Shown here in pieces: positions 27,400-40,900 of a stretch of DNA of 64,000 bases (the first letter of the stretch is position 1; each line of letters starts with the position of its first letter). Origin of the DNA: Azolla caroliniana (Eukaryota > Plantae > Polypodiophyta); assembly GCA_043228905.1 (NCBI GenBank), contig JBHGNT010000038.1, positions 186,001 through 250,000 of the forward strand, read 5' to 3'. The notes under the pieces were generated by a model. The model did not search any database, was not told the DNA's origin, and worked only from the letters and a program-made list of their open reading frames with translations. A program made the position numbers and the translations under genes.

Positions 27400-30300
27400 C
27401 TTGAGTAAATTAAAATGGTCATACCTAGCGAGTGTGATATCGGATTTTTGTGTACAAACATGCGAATCGAAGCTAACAACGCTAGCTATGATATGGAATT
27501 AAAAAATCAAGATTTTGAAACTCAGGTCGAGAGACATGACGACATTTCCAAATTTCAGGAGGGAGTTGAGAAGAGCTAGTAGGTAAATTATAATGTTCAT
27601 ACCTGGTTCGTGTGATATTGGATTTTTGTGTTCAAACATTCGAATCGAAGCTAACAACGCTAGCTATGATATGGAATTACAAAATCAAGATTTTGAAACT
27701 CCAGTCGAGAGACATGATGAAATTGCAAAATTTGACGAGTGACGTTGGAAGAGCGCGTGAGTGAATTAAAATGTTCATACCTGGCTCGTGTGATATCGGA
27801 TTTTTGTGTTCAAACATGGAAATCGAAGGTAACAACGCTAGCTATGATATGGAATTAAAAAATCAATATTTTGAAAATCAGGTCGAGAGGCATGACGAAA
27901 TTAGCAAATTTGAGGAGTGAGTTGAGAGGAGCCCTTGAGTAAATTAAAATGTTCATACCTAGTGAGCGTGATATCGGATTTTTGTGTTCAAACATGCGAA
28001 TCGAAGCTAACAACGCAAGCTATGATATGGAATTAAAAAATCAAGATTTTGAAACTCAGGTCGAGAGACATGACGAAATTAGCAACCTTGACGAGGGAGT
28101 TGAGAGGAGCCCTTAAGTAAATAAAAATGTTCATACCTAGCTCGTGTGATATCGGATTTTTGTGTTCAAACATGCGAATCGAAGCTAACAACGCTAGCTG
28201 TGATTTGGAATTAAAAAATCAAGATTTTGCAACTCAAGTCGGGAGACATGACGAAATTAGCAAATTTGAGGAGTGACTTGAGAGGAGCCCTTGAGTAAAT
28301 TAAAATGGTCATACCTAGCGAGTGTGATATCGGATTTTTGTGTACAAACATGCGAATCGAAGCTAACAACGCTAGCTATGATATGGAATTAAAAAATCAA
28401 CATTTTGAAACTCAGGTCGAGAGACATGACGAAATTTCCAAATTTCACGAGGGAGTTGACAAGAGCTAGTAGGTAAATTATAATGTTCATACCTGGTTCG
28501 TGTGATATCGGATTTTTGTGTTCAAACATGCGAATCGAAGCTAACAACGCTAGCTATGATATGGAATTACAAAATCAAGATTTTGAAACTCAGGTCGAGA
28601 GACATGACGAAATTACCAAATTTGAGGAGGGAGTTGAGAGGGGCCCTTGAGTAAATTAAAATGTTCATACCTAGCGAGTGTGATATCGGATTTTTGTGTT
28701 CAAACATGCGAATCGAAGCTAACAACGCTAGTTGTGATTTGGAATTAAAAAATCAAGATTTTGATACTCAGGTCGAGAGACATGACGAAATTAGCAAATT
28801 TGAGGAGTGAGTTGAGAGGAGCCCTTGAGTAAATTAAAATGGTCATACCTAGCGAGTGTGATATCGGATTTTTGTGTTCAAACATGCGAATCGAAGCTAA
28901 CAACGCTAGCTGTGATTTGGAATTAAAAAATCAAGATTTTGATACTCAGGTCGAGAGACATGACGAAATTAGCAAATTTGAGGAGTGAGTTGAGAGGAGC
29001 CCTTGAGTAAATTAAAATGGTCATACCTAGCGAGTGTGATATCGGATTTTTGTGTACAAACATGCGAATCGAAGCTAACAACGCTAGCTATGATATGGAA
29101 TTAAAAAATCAAGATTTTGAAACTCAGGTCGAGAGACATGACGAAATTTCCAAATTTCAGGAGGGAGTTGACAAGAGCTAGTAGGTAAATTATAATGTTC
29201 ATACCTGGTTCGTGTGATATCGGATTTTTGTGTTCAAACATGCGAATCGAAGCTAACAACGCTAGCTATGATATGGAATTACAAAATCAAGATTTTGAAA
29301 CTCAGGTCGAGAGACATGACGAAATTACCAAATTTCAGGAGGGAGTTGAGAGGAGCCCTTGAGTAAATTAAAATGTTCATACCTAGCGAGTGTGATATCG
29401 CACTTTTGTGTACAAACATGCGAATCGAAGCTAACAACGCTAGCTATGATATGGAATTAAAAAATCAAGAGTTTGAAACTCAGGTCGAGAGACATGACGA
29501 AATTTCCAAATTTCAGGAGGGAGTTGAGAAGAGCTAGTAGGTAAATTATAATGTTCATACCTGGTTCGTGTGATATCGGATTTTTGTGTTCAAACATTCG
29601 AATCGAAGCTAACAACGCTAGCTATGATATGGAATTACAAAATCAAGATTTTGAAACTCCAGTCGAGAGACATGATGAAATTTCCAAATTTGAGGAGTGA
29701 CGTTGGAAGAGCGCGTGAGTGAATTAAAATGTTCATACCTGGCTCGTGTGATATCGGATTTTTGTGTTCAAACATGCGAATCGAAGCTAACAACGCTAGC
29801 TATGATATGGAATTAAGAAATCAAGATTTTGAAACTGAGGTCGAGAGACATGACGAAATTAGCAAATTTGAGGAGTGAGTTGAGAGGAGCCCTTGAGTAA
29901 ATTAAAATGGTCATACCTAGCGAGTGTGATATCGGATTTTTGTGTACAAACATGCGAATCGAAGCTAACAACGCTAGCTATGATATGGAATTAAAAAATC
30001 AAGATTTTGAAACTCAGGTCGAGAGACATGACGACATTTCCAAATTTCAGGAGGGAGTTGAGAAGAGCTAGTAGGTAAATTATAATGTTCATACCTGGTT
30101 CGTGTGATATTGGATTTTTGTGTTCAAACATTCGAATCGAAGCTAACAACGCTAGCTATGATATGGAATTACAAAATCAAGATTTTGAAACTCCAGTCGA
30201 GAGACATGATGAAATTGCCAAATTTGACGAGTGACGTTGGAAGAGCGCGTGAGTGAATTAAAATGTTCATACCTGGCTCGTGTGATATCGGATTTTTGTG

Positions 30301-32990
30301 TTCAAACATGGAAATCGAAGCTAACAACGCTAGCTATGATATGGAATTAAAAAATCAATATTTTGAAAATCAGGTCGAGAGGCATGACGAAATTAGCAAA
30401 TTTGAGGAGTGAGTTGAGAGGAGCCCTTGAGTAAATTAAAATGTTCATACCTAGTGAGCGTGATATCGGATTTTTGTGTTCAAACATGCGAATCGAAGCT
30501 AACAACGCAAGCTATGATATGGAATTAAAAAATCAAGATTTTGAAACTCAGGTCGAGAGACATGACGAAATTAGCAACCTTGACGAGGGAGTTGAGAGGA
30601 GCCCTTAAGTAAATAAAAATGTTCATACCTAGCTCGTGTGATATCGGATTTTTGTGTTCAAACATGCGAATCGAAGCTAACAACGCTAGCTGTGATTTGG
30701 AATTAAAAAATCAAGATTTTGCAACTCAAGTCGAGAGACATGACGAAATTAGCAAATTTGAGGAGTGACTTGAGAGGAGCCCTTGAGTAAATTAAAATGT
30801 TCATACCTAGCGAGTGTGATATCGGATTTTTGTGTACAAACATGCGAATCGAAGCTAACAACGCTAGCTATGATATGGAATTAAAAAATCAAGATTTTGA
30901 AACTCAGGTCGAGAGACATGACGAAATTTCCAAATTTCACGAGGGAGTTGACAAGAGCTAGTAGGTAAATTATAATGTTCATACCTGGTTCGTGTGATAT
31001 CGGATTTTTGTGTTCAAACATGCGAATCGAAGCTAACAACGCTAGCTATGATATGGAATTACAAAATCAAGATTTTGAAACTCAGGTCGAGAGACATGAC
31101 GAAATTACCAAATTTGAGGAGGGGGTTGAGAGGGGCCCTTGAGTAAATTAAAATGTTCATACCTAGCGAGTGTGATATCGGATTTTTGTGTTCAAACATG
31201 CGAATCGAAGCTAACAACGCTAGCTGTGATTTGGAATTAAAAAATCAAGATTTTGATACTCAGGTCGAGAGACATGACGAAATTAGCAAATTTGAGGAGT
31301 GAGTTGAGAGGAGCCCTTGAGTAAATTAAAATGGTCATACCTAGCGAGTGTGATATCGGATTTTTGTGTTCAAACATGCGAATCGAAGCTAACAACGCTA
31401 GCTGTGATTTGGAATTAAAAAATCAAGATTTTGATACTCAGGTCGAGAGACATGACGAAATTAGCAAATTTGAGGAGTGAGTTGAGAGGAGCCCTTGAGT
31501 AAATTAAAATGGTCATACCTAGCGAGTGTGATATCGGATTTTTGTGTACAAACATGCGAATCGAAGCTAACAACGCTAGCTATGATATGGAATTAAAAAA
31601 TCAAGATTTTGAAACTCAGGTCGAGAGACATGACGAAATTTCCAAATTTCAGGAGGGAGTTGACAAGAGCTAGTAGGTAAATTAAAATGTTCATACCTGG
31701 TTCGTGTGATATCGGATTTTTGTGTACAAACATGCGAATCGAAGCTAACAACGCTAGCTATGATATGGAATTAAAAAATCAAGATTTTGAAACTCAGGTC
31801 GAGAGACATGACGAAATTACCAAATTTCAGGAGGGAGTTGAGAGGAGCCCTTGAGTAAATTAAAATGTTCATACCTAGCGAGTGTGATATCGCACTTTTG
31901 TGTACAAACATGCGAATCGAAGCTAACAACGCTAGCTATGATATGGAATTAAAAAATCAAGAGTTTGAAACTCAGGTCGAGAGACATGACGAAATTTCCA
32001 AATTTCAGGAGGGAGTTGAGAAGAGCTAGTAGGTAAATTATAATGTTCATACCTGGTTCGTGTGATATCGGATTTTTGTGTTCAAACATTCGAATCGAAG
32101 CTAACAACGCTAGCTATGATATGGAATTACAAAATCAAGATTTTGAAACTCCAGTCGAGAGACATGATGAAATTTCCAAATTTGAGGAGTGACGTTGGAA
32201 GAGCGCGTGAGTGAATTAAAATGTTCATACCTGGCTCGTGTGATATCGGATTTTTGTGTTCAAACATGCGAATCGAAGCTAACAACGCTAGCTATGATAT
32301 GGAATTAAGAAATCAAGATTTTGACACTCAGGTCGAGAGACATGACGAAATTAGCAAATTTGAGGAGTGAGTTGAGAGGAGCCCTTGAGTAAATTAAAAT
32401 GGTCATACCTAGCGAGTGTGATATCGGATTTTTGTGTACAAACATGCGAATCGAAGCTAACAACGCTAGCTATGATATGGAATTAAAAAATCAAGATTTT
32501 GAAACTCAGGTCGAGAGACATGACGACATTTCCAAATTTCAGGAGGGAGTTGAGAAGAGCTAGTAGGTAAATTATAATGTTCATACCTGGTTCGTGTGAT
32601 ATTGGATTTTTGTGTTCAAACATTCGAATCGAAGCTAACAACGCTAGCTATGATATGGAATTACAAAATCAAGATTTTGAAACTCCAGTCGAGAGACATG
32701 ATGAAATTGCCAAATTTGACGAGTGACGTTGGAAGAGCGCGTGAGTGAATTAAAATGTTCATACCTGGCTCGTGTGATATCGGATTTTTGTGTTCAAACA
32801 TGGAAATCGAAGCTAACAACGCTAGCTATGATATGGAATTAAAAAATCAATATTTTGAAAATCAGGTCGAGAGGCATGACGAAATTAGCAAATTTGAGGA
32901 GTGAGTTGAGAGGAGCCCTTGAGTAAATTAAAATGTTCATACCTAGTGAGCGTGATATCGGATTTTTGTGTTCAAACATGCGAATCGAAG
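27400..32990 (+). repeat. 14-mer HOR (2,492 bp), about 2.2 copies
   Basis: CATGGAAATC at 27815/30307/32799 and AGCAACCTTGACG at 28081/30573. Confidence 0.88.
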
Positions 32991-34629
32991 CTAACAACGC
33001 TAGCTATGATATGGAATTAAAAAATCAAGATTTTGAAACTAAGGTTGAGAGACATGACGAAATTAGCAAATTTGAGGAGTGACGTTGGAAGAGCGCGTGA
33101 GTGAATTAAAATGTTCATACCTGGCTCGTGTGATATCGGATTTTTGTGTTCAAACATGCTAATCGAAGCTAACAACGCTAGCTATGATATGGAATTAAAA
33201 AATCAAGATTTTGAAACTCAGGTCCAGATACATGACGAAATTAGCAAATTTGAGGAGTGAGTTGAGAGGAGCCCTTGAGTAAATTAAAATGTTCATACAT
33301 AGCGAGTGTGATATCGGATTTTTGTGTGCAAACATGCGAATCGAAGCTAACAACGCTAGCTATGATATGGAATTAAAAAATCAAGATTTTGAAACTCAGG
33401 TCGAGAGACATGACGAAATTACCAAATTTGAGGAGGGGGTTGAGAGGGGCCCTTGAGTAAATTAAAATGTTCATACCTAGCTCGTGTGATATCGGATTTT
33501 TGTGTTCAAACATGCGAATCGAAGCTAACAACGCTAGCTATGATATGGAATAAAAAAAACAAGATTTTGAAACTCAGGTCGAGAGACATGACGAAATTAC
33601 CAAATTTGAGGAGTGAGTTGAGAGGAGCCCTTGAGTAAATTAAAATGGTCATACCTAGCTAGTGTGATATCGGATTTTTGTGTTCAAACATGCGAATCGA
33701 AGCTAACAACGTTAGCTATGATATGGAATTCAAAAATCAAGATTTTGAAACTCAGGTCGAGAGACAGGACGAAATTTCCAAATTTCAGGAGGGAGTTGAG
33801 AAGAGCTAGTAGGTAAATTATAATGTTCATACCTAGCTCGTGTTATATCGGATTTTTGTGTTCAAACATGCGAATCGAAGCTAACAACGCTAGCAATGAT
33901 ATGGAATTAAAAAATCAAGATTTTGAAACTCAGGTCGAGAGACATGACGAAATTACCAAATTTGAGGAGGGAGTTGAGAAGAGCTAGTAGGTAAATTATA
34001 ATGTTCATACCTGGCTCGTGTGATATCGGTTTTTTGTGTTCAAACATGCAAATCGAAGCTAACAACGCTAGCTATGATATAGAATTAAAAAATAAAGATT
34101 TTGAAACTCAGGTCGAGAGACATGACGAAATTACCAAATTTGAGGAGTGAGTTGAGAGGAGCCCTTGAGTAAATTAAAATGGTCATACCTAGCGAGTGTG
34201 ATATCGGATTTTTGTGTACAAACATGCGAATCGAAGCTAACAAGGCTAGCTATGATATGGAATTACAAAATCAAGATTTTGAAACTCAGGTCGAGAGATA
34301 TGACGAAATTAGCAAATTTGAGGAGTGAGTTGAGAGGAGCCCTTGAGTAAATTAAAATGGTCATACCTAGCGAGTGTGATATCGGATTTTTGTGTTCAAA
34401 CATGCGAATCTAAGCTAAATACGCTAGCTATGATATGGAATTAAAAAATCAAGATTTTGAATCTCAGGTCGAGAGACATGACGAAATTACCAAATTTGAG
34501 GAGCGAGTTAAGAAGAGCTATTAGGTAAATTACAATGTTCATACCTGGCTCGTGTGATATCGGTTTTTTGTGTTCAAACATGCGAATCGAAGCTAACAAT
34601 GCTAGCTATGATATGGAATTAAGAAATCA

Positions 34630-37600
34630 AGATTTTGAAACTCAGGTCGAGAGACATGACGAAATTTCCAAATTTCAGGAGGGAGTTGAGAAGAGCTAGT
34701 AGGTAAATTAAAATGGTTATACCTAGCGAGTGTGATATCGGATTTTTGTGTTCAAACATGCGAATCGAAGCTAATAACGCTAGCTATGATATGGAATTAA
34801 AAAATCAAGATTTTGCAACTCAAATCGAGAGACATAAAGAAATTACCAAATTAGAGGAGTGAGGTTGGAAGAGCGCGTGAGTGAATTAAAATGTTCATAC
34901 CTGGCTCGTGTGATATCGGATTTTTGTGTTCAAACATGCGAATCGAAGCTAACAACGCTAGCAATGATATGGAATTAAAAAATCAAGATTTTGAAACTCA
35001 GGTCGAGAGACATGACGAAATTAGCAAATTTGAGGAGTGAGTTGAGAGGAGCCCTTGAGTAAATTAAAATGGTCATACCTAGCGAGTGTGATATCAGATT
35101 TTTGTGTACAAACATGCGAATCGAAGCTAACAACGCTAGCTATGATATGGAATTAAAAAATCAAGATTTTGAAACCCAGGTCGAGAGACATGACGAAATT
35201 ACCAAATTTGAGGAGGGAGTTGAGAGGAGCCCTTGAGTAAATTAAAATGGTCATACCTAGCGAGTGTGATATCGGATTTTTGCGTACAAACATGTGAATC
35301 GAAGCTAACAACGCTAGCTATGATATGGAATTGAAAAATCAAGATTTTGAAACTCAGGTGGAGAGACATGACGAAATTAGCAAATTTGAGGAGTGAGTTG
35401 AGAGGAGCCCTTGAGTAAATTAAAATGTTCATACCTAGCGAGTGTGATATCGCACTTTTGTGTTCAAACATTGGAATCGAAGCTAACAACGCTAGGTATG
35501 ATATAGAATTAAAAAATCAAGATTTTGAAACTCAGGTCGAGAGACATGACGAAATTAGCAAATTTGAGGAGTGAGTTGAGAGGAGCCCTTGAGTAAATTA
35601 AAATGTTCATACATAGCGAGTGTGATATCGGATTTTTGTGTACAAACATGCGAATCGAAGCTAACAACGCTAGCTATGATATGGAATTAAAAAATCAAGA
35701 TTTTGAAACTCAGGTCGAGAGACATGACGAAATTTCCAAATTTCAGGAGGGAGTTGAGAAGAGCTAGTAGGTAAATTAAAATGGTTATACCTAGCGAGTG
35801 TGATATCGGATTTTTGTGTTCAAACATGCGAATCGAAGCTAATAACGCTAGCTATGATATGGAATTAAAAAATCAAGATTTTGCAACTCAAGTCGAGAGA
35901 CATAAAGAAATTACCAAATTTGAGGAGTGAGGTTGGAAGAGCGCGTGAGTGAATTAAAATGTTCATACCTGGCTCGTGTGATATCGGATTTTTGTGTTCA
36001 AACATGCGAATCGAAGCTAACAACGCTAGCAATGATATGGAATTAAAAAATCAAGATTTTGAAACTCAGGTCGAGAGACATGACGAAATTAGCAAATTTG
36101 AGGAGTGAGTTGAGAGGAGCCCTTGAGTAAATTAAAATGGTCATACCTAGCGAGTGTGATATCGGATTTTTGTGTACAAACATGCGAATCGAAGCTAACA
36201 ACGCTAGCTATGATATGGAATTAAAAAATCAAGATTTTGAAACCCAGGTCGAGAGACATGACGAAATTACCAAATTTGAGGAGGGAGTTGAGAGGAGCCC
36301 TTGAGTAAATTAAAATGGTCATACCTAGCGAGTGTGATATCGGATTTTTGCGTACAAACATGTGAATCGAAGCTAACAACGCTAGCTATGATATGGAATT
36401 GAAAAATCAAGATTTTGAAACTCAGGTGGAGAGACATGACGAAATTAGCAAATTTGAGGAGTGAGTTGAGAGGAGCCCTTGAGTAAATTAAAATGTTCAT
36501 ACCTAGCGAGTGTGATATCGCACTTTTGTGTTCAAACATTGGAATCGAAGCTAACAACGCTAGGTATGATATAGAATTAAAAAATCAAGATTTTGAAACT
36601 CAGGTCGAGAGACATGACGAAATTAGCAAATTTGAGGAGTGAGTTAAGAGGAGCCCTTGAGTAAATTAAAATGTTCATACATAGCGAGTGTGATATCGGA
36701 TTTTTGTGTACAAACATGCGAATCGAAGCTAACAACGCTAGCTATGATATGGAATTAAAAAATCAAGATTTTGAAACTCAGGTCGGGAGACATAACGAAA
36801 TTTCCAAATTTCAGGAGGGAGTTGAGAAGAGCTAGTAGGTAAATTATAATGTTCATAACTGGTTCGTGTGATATCGGATTTTTGTGTTCAAACATTCGAA
36901 TCGAAGCTAACAACGCTAGCTATGATATGGAATTACAAAATCAAGATTTTGAAACTCCAGTCGAGAGACATGATAAAATTACCAAATTTGAGGAGTGACG
37001 TTGGAAGAGCGCGTGAGTGAATTAAAATGTTCATACCTGGCTCGTGTGATATCGGATTTTTGTGTTCAAACATGCGAATCGAAGCTAAAAACGCTAGCTA
37101 TGATATGGAATTAAAAAATCAAGATTTTGCAACTCAAGTCGAGAGACATGAAGAAATTACCAAATTTGAGGAGTGAGGTTGGAAGAGCGCGTGAGTGAAT
37201 TAAAATGTTCATACCTGGCTCGTGTGATATCGGATTTTTGTGTTCAAACATGCTAATCGAAGCTAACAACGCTAGCTATGATATGGAATTAAAAAATCAA
37301 GATTTTGAAACTCAGGTCCAGATACATGACGAAATTAGCAAATTTGAGGAGTGAGTTGAGAGGAGCCCTTGAGTAAATTAAAATGGTCATACCTAGCGAG
37401 TGTGATATCGGATTTTTGTGTACAAACATGCGAATCGAAGCTAACAACGCTAGCTATGATATGGAATTAAAAAATCAAGATTTTGAAACCCAGGTCGAGA
37501 GACATGACGAAATTACCAAATTTGAGGAGGGAGTTGAGAGGAGCCCTTGAGTAAATTAAAATGGTCATACCTAGCGAGTGTGATATCGCACTTTTGTGTA

Positions 37601-37900
37601 CAAACATGTGAATCGAAGCTAACAACGCTAGCTATGATATGGAATTGAAAAATCAAGATTTTGAAACTCAGGTGGAGAGACATGACGAAATTAGCAAATT
37701 TGAGGAGTGAGTTGAGAGGAGCCCTTGAGTAAATTAAAATGTTCATACCTAGCGAGTGTGATATCGCACTTTTGTGTTCAAACATTGGAATCGAAGCTAA
37801 CAACGCTAGGTATGATATAGAATTAAAAAATCAAGATTTTGAAACTCAGGTCGAGAGACATGACGAAATTAGCAAATTTGAGGAGGGAGTTGAGAGGAGC
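34630..37900 (+). repeat. 6-mer HOR (1,068 bp) x2 grading into a 7-mer variant
   Basis: The minus-strand marker ORFs at 35199/36267/37513 are offset by 1068 and 1246. CAGGTGGAGAG and CATTGGAATC variants recur. Confidence 0.85.
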
Positions 37901-40900
37901 CCTTGAGTAAATTAAAATGTTCATACATAGCGAGTGTGATATCGGATTTTTGTGTACAAACATGCGAATCGAAGCTAACAACGCTAGCTATGATATGGAA
38001 TTAAAAAATCAAGATTTTGAAACACAGGTCGAGAGACATGACGAAATTTCCAAATTTCAGGAGGGCGTTGAGAAGAGCTAGTAGGTAAATTATAATGTTC
38101 ATAACTGGTTCGTGTGATATCGGATTTTTGTGTTCAAACATTCGAATCGAAGTTAACAACGCTAGCTATGATATGGAATTACAAAATCAAGATTTTGAAA
38201 CTCCAGTCGAGAGACATGATAAAATTACCAAATTTGAGGAGTGACGTTGGAAGAGCGCGTGAGTGAATTAAAATGTTCATACCTGGCTCGTGTGATATCG
38301 GATTTTTGTGTTCAAACATGCGAATCGAAGCTAACAACGCTAGCTATCATATGGAATTAAGAAATCAAGATTTTGACACTCAGGTCAAGAGACATGACGA
38401 AATTAGCAAATTTGAGGAGTGAGTTGAGAGGAGCCCTTGAGTAAATTAAAATGGTCATACCTAGCGAGTGTGATATCGGATTTTTGTGTACAAACATGCG
38501 AATCGAAGCTAACAACGCTAGCTATGATATGGAATTAAAAAATCAAGATTTTGAAACTCAGGTCGAGAGACATGACGACATTTCCAAATTTCAGGAGGGA
38601 GTAGAGAAGAGCTTGTAGGTAAATTATAATGTTCATACCTGGTTCGTGTGATATTGGATTTTTGTGTTCAAACATTCGAATCGAAGCTAACAACGCTAGC
38701 TATGATATGGAATTACAAAATCAAGATTTTGAAACTCCAGTCGAGAGACATGATAAAATTACCAAATTTGAGGAGTGACGTTGGAAGAGCGCGTGAGTGA
38801 ATTAAAATGTTCATACCTGGCTCGTGTGATATCGGATTTTTGTGTTCAAACATGCGAATCGAAGCTAACAACGCTAGCTATCATATGGAATTAAGAAATC
38901 AAGATTTTGACACTCAGGTCAAGAGACATGACGAAATTAGCAAATTTGAGGAGTGAGTTGAGAGGAGCCCTTGAGTAAATTAAAATGGTCATACCTAGCG
39001 AGTGTGATATCGGATTTTTGTGTACAAACATGCGAATCGAAGCTAACAACGCTAGCTATGATATGGAATTAAAAAATCAAGATTTTGAAACTCAGGTCGA
39101 GAGACATGACGACATTTCCAAATTTCAGGAGGGAGTAGAGAAGAGCTAGTAGGTAAATTATAATGTTCATACCTGGTTCGTGTGATATTGGATTTTTGTG
39201 TTCAAACATTCGAATCGAAGCTAACAACGCTAGCTATGATATGGAATTACAAAATCAAGATTTTGAAACTCCAGTCGAGAGACATGATAAAATTACCAAA
39301 TTTGAGGAGTGACGTTGGAAGAGCGCGTGAGTGAATTAAAATGTTCATACCTGGCTCGTGTGATATCGGATTTTTGTGTTCAAACATGGGAATCGAAGCT
39401 AACAACGCTAGCTATCATATGGAATTAAGAAATCAAGATTTTGACACTCAGGTCAAGAGACATGACGAAATTAGCAAATTTGAGGAGTGAGTTGAGAGGA
39501 GCCCTTGAGTAAATTAAAATGGTCATACCTAGCGAGTGTGATATCGGATTTTTCTGTACAAACATGCGAATCGAAGCTAACAACGCTAGCTATGATATGG
39601 AATTAAAAAATCAAGATTTTGAAACTCAGGTCGAGAGACATGACGACATTTCCAAATTTCAGGAGGGAGTAGAGAAGAGCTAGTAGGTAAATTATAATGT
39701 TCATACCTGGTTCGTGTGATATTGGATTTTTGTGTTCAAACATTCGAATCGAAGCTAAGAACGCTAGCTATGATATGGAATTACAAAATCAAGATTTTGA
39801 AACTCCAGTCGAGAGACATGATAAAATTACCAAATTTGAGGAGTGACGTTGGAAGAGCGCGTGAGTGAATTAAAATGTTCATACCTGGCTCGTGTGATAT
39901 CGGATTTTTGTGTTCAAACATGCGAATCGAAGCTAACAACGCTAGCTATCATATGGAATTAAGAAATCAAGATTTTGACACTCAGGTCGAGAGACATGAC
40001 GAAATTAGCAAATTTGAGGAGTGAGTTGAGAGGATCCCTTGAGTAAATTAAAATGGTCATACCTAGCGAGTGTGATATCGGATTTTTGTGTACAAACATG
40101 CGAATCGAAGCTAACAACGCTAGCTATGATATGGAATTAAAAAATCAAGATTTTGAAACTCAGGTCGAGAGACATGACGACATTTCCAAATTTCAGGAGG
40201 GAGTAGAGAAGAGCTAGTAGGTAAATTATAATGTTCATACCTGGTTCGTGTGATATTGGATTTTTGTGTTCAAACATTCGAATCGAAGCTAACAACGCTA
40301 GCTATGATATGGAATTACAAAATCAAGATTTTGAAACTCCAGTGGAGAGACTTGATGAAATTGCCAAATTTGACGAGTGACGTTGGAAGAGCGCGTGAGT
40401 GAATTAAAATGTTCATACCTGGCTCGTGTGATATCGGATTTTTGTGTTCAAACATGGAAATCGAAGCTAACAACGCTAGCTATGATATGGAATTAAAAAA
40501 TCAATATTTTGAAAATCAGGTCGAGAGGCATGACGAAATTAGCAAATTTGAGGAGTGAGTTGAGAGGAGCCCTTGAGTAAATTAAAATGTTCATACCTAG
40601 TGAGCGTGATATCGGATTTTTGTGTTCAAACATGCGAATCGAAGCTAACAACGCTAGCTATGATATGGAATTAAAAAATCAAGATTTTGAAACTCAGGTC
40701 GAGAGACATGACGAAATTAACAACCTTGACGAGGGAGTTGAGAGGAGCCCTTAAGTAAATAAAAATGTTCATACCTAGCTCGTGTGATATCGGATTTCTG
40801 TGTTCAAACATGCGAATCGAAGCTAACAACGCTAGCTGTGATTTGGAATTAAAAAATCAAGATTTTGACACTCAGGTCGAGAGACATGACGAAATTAGCA

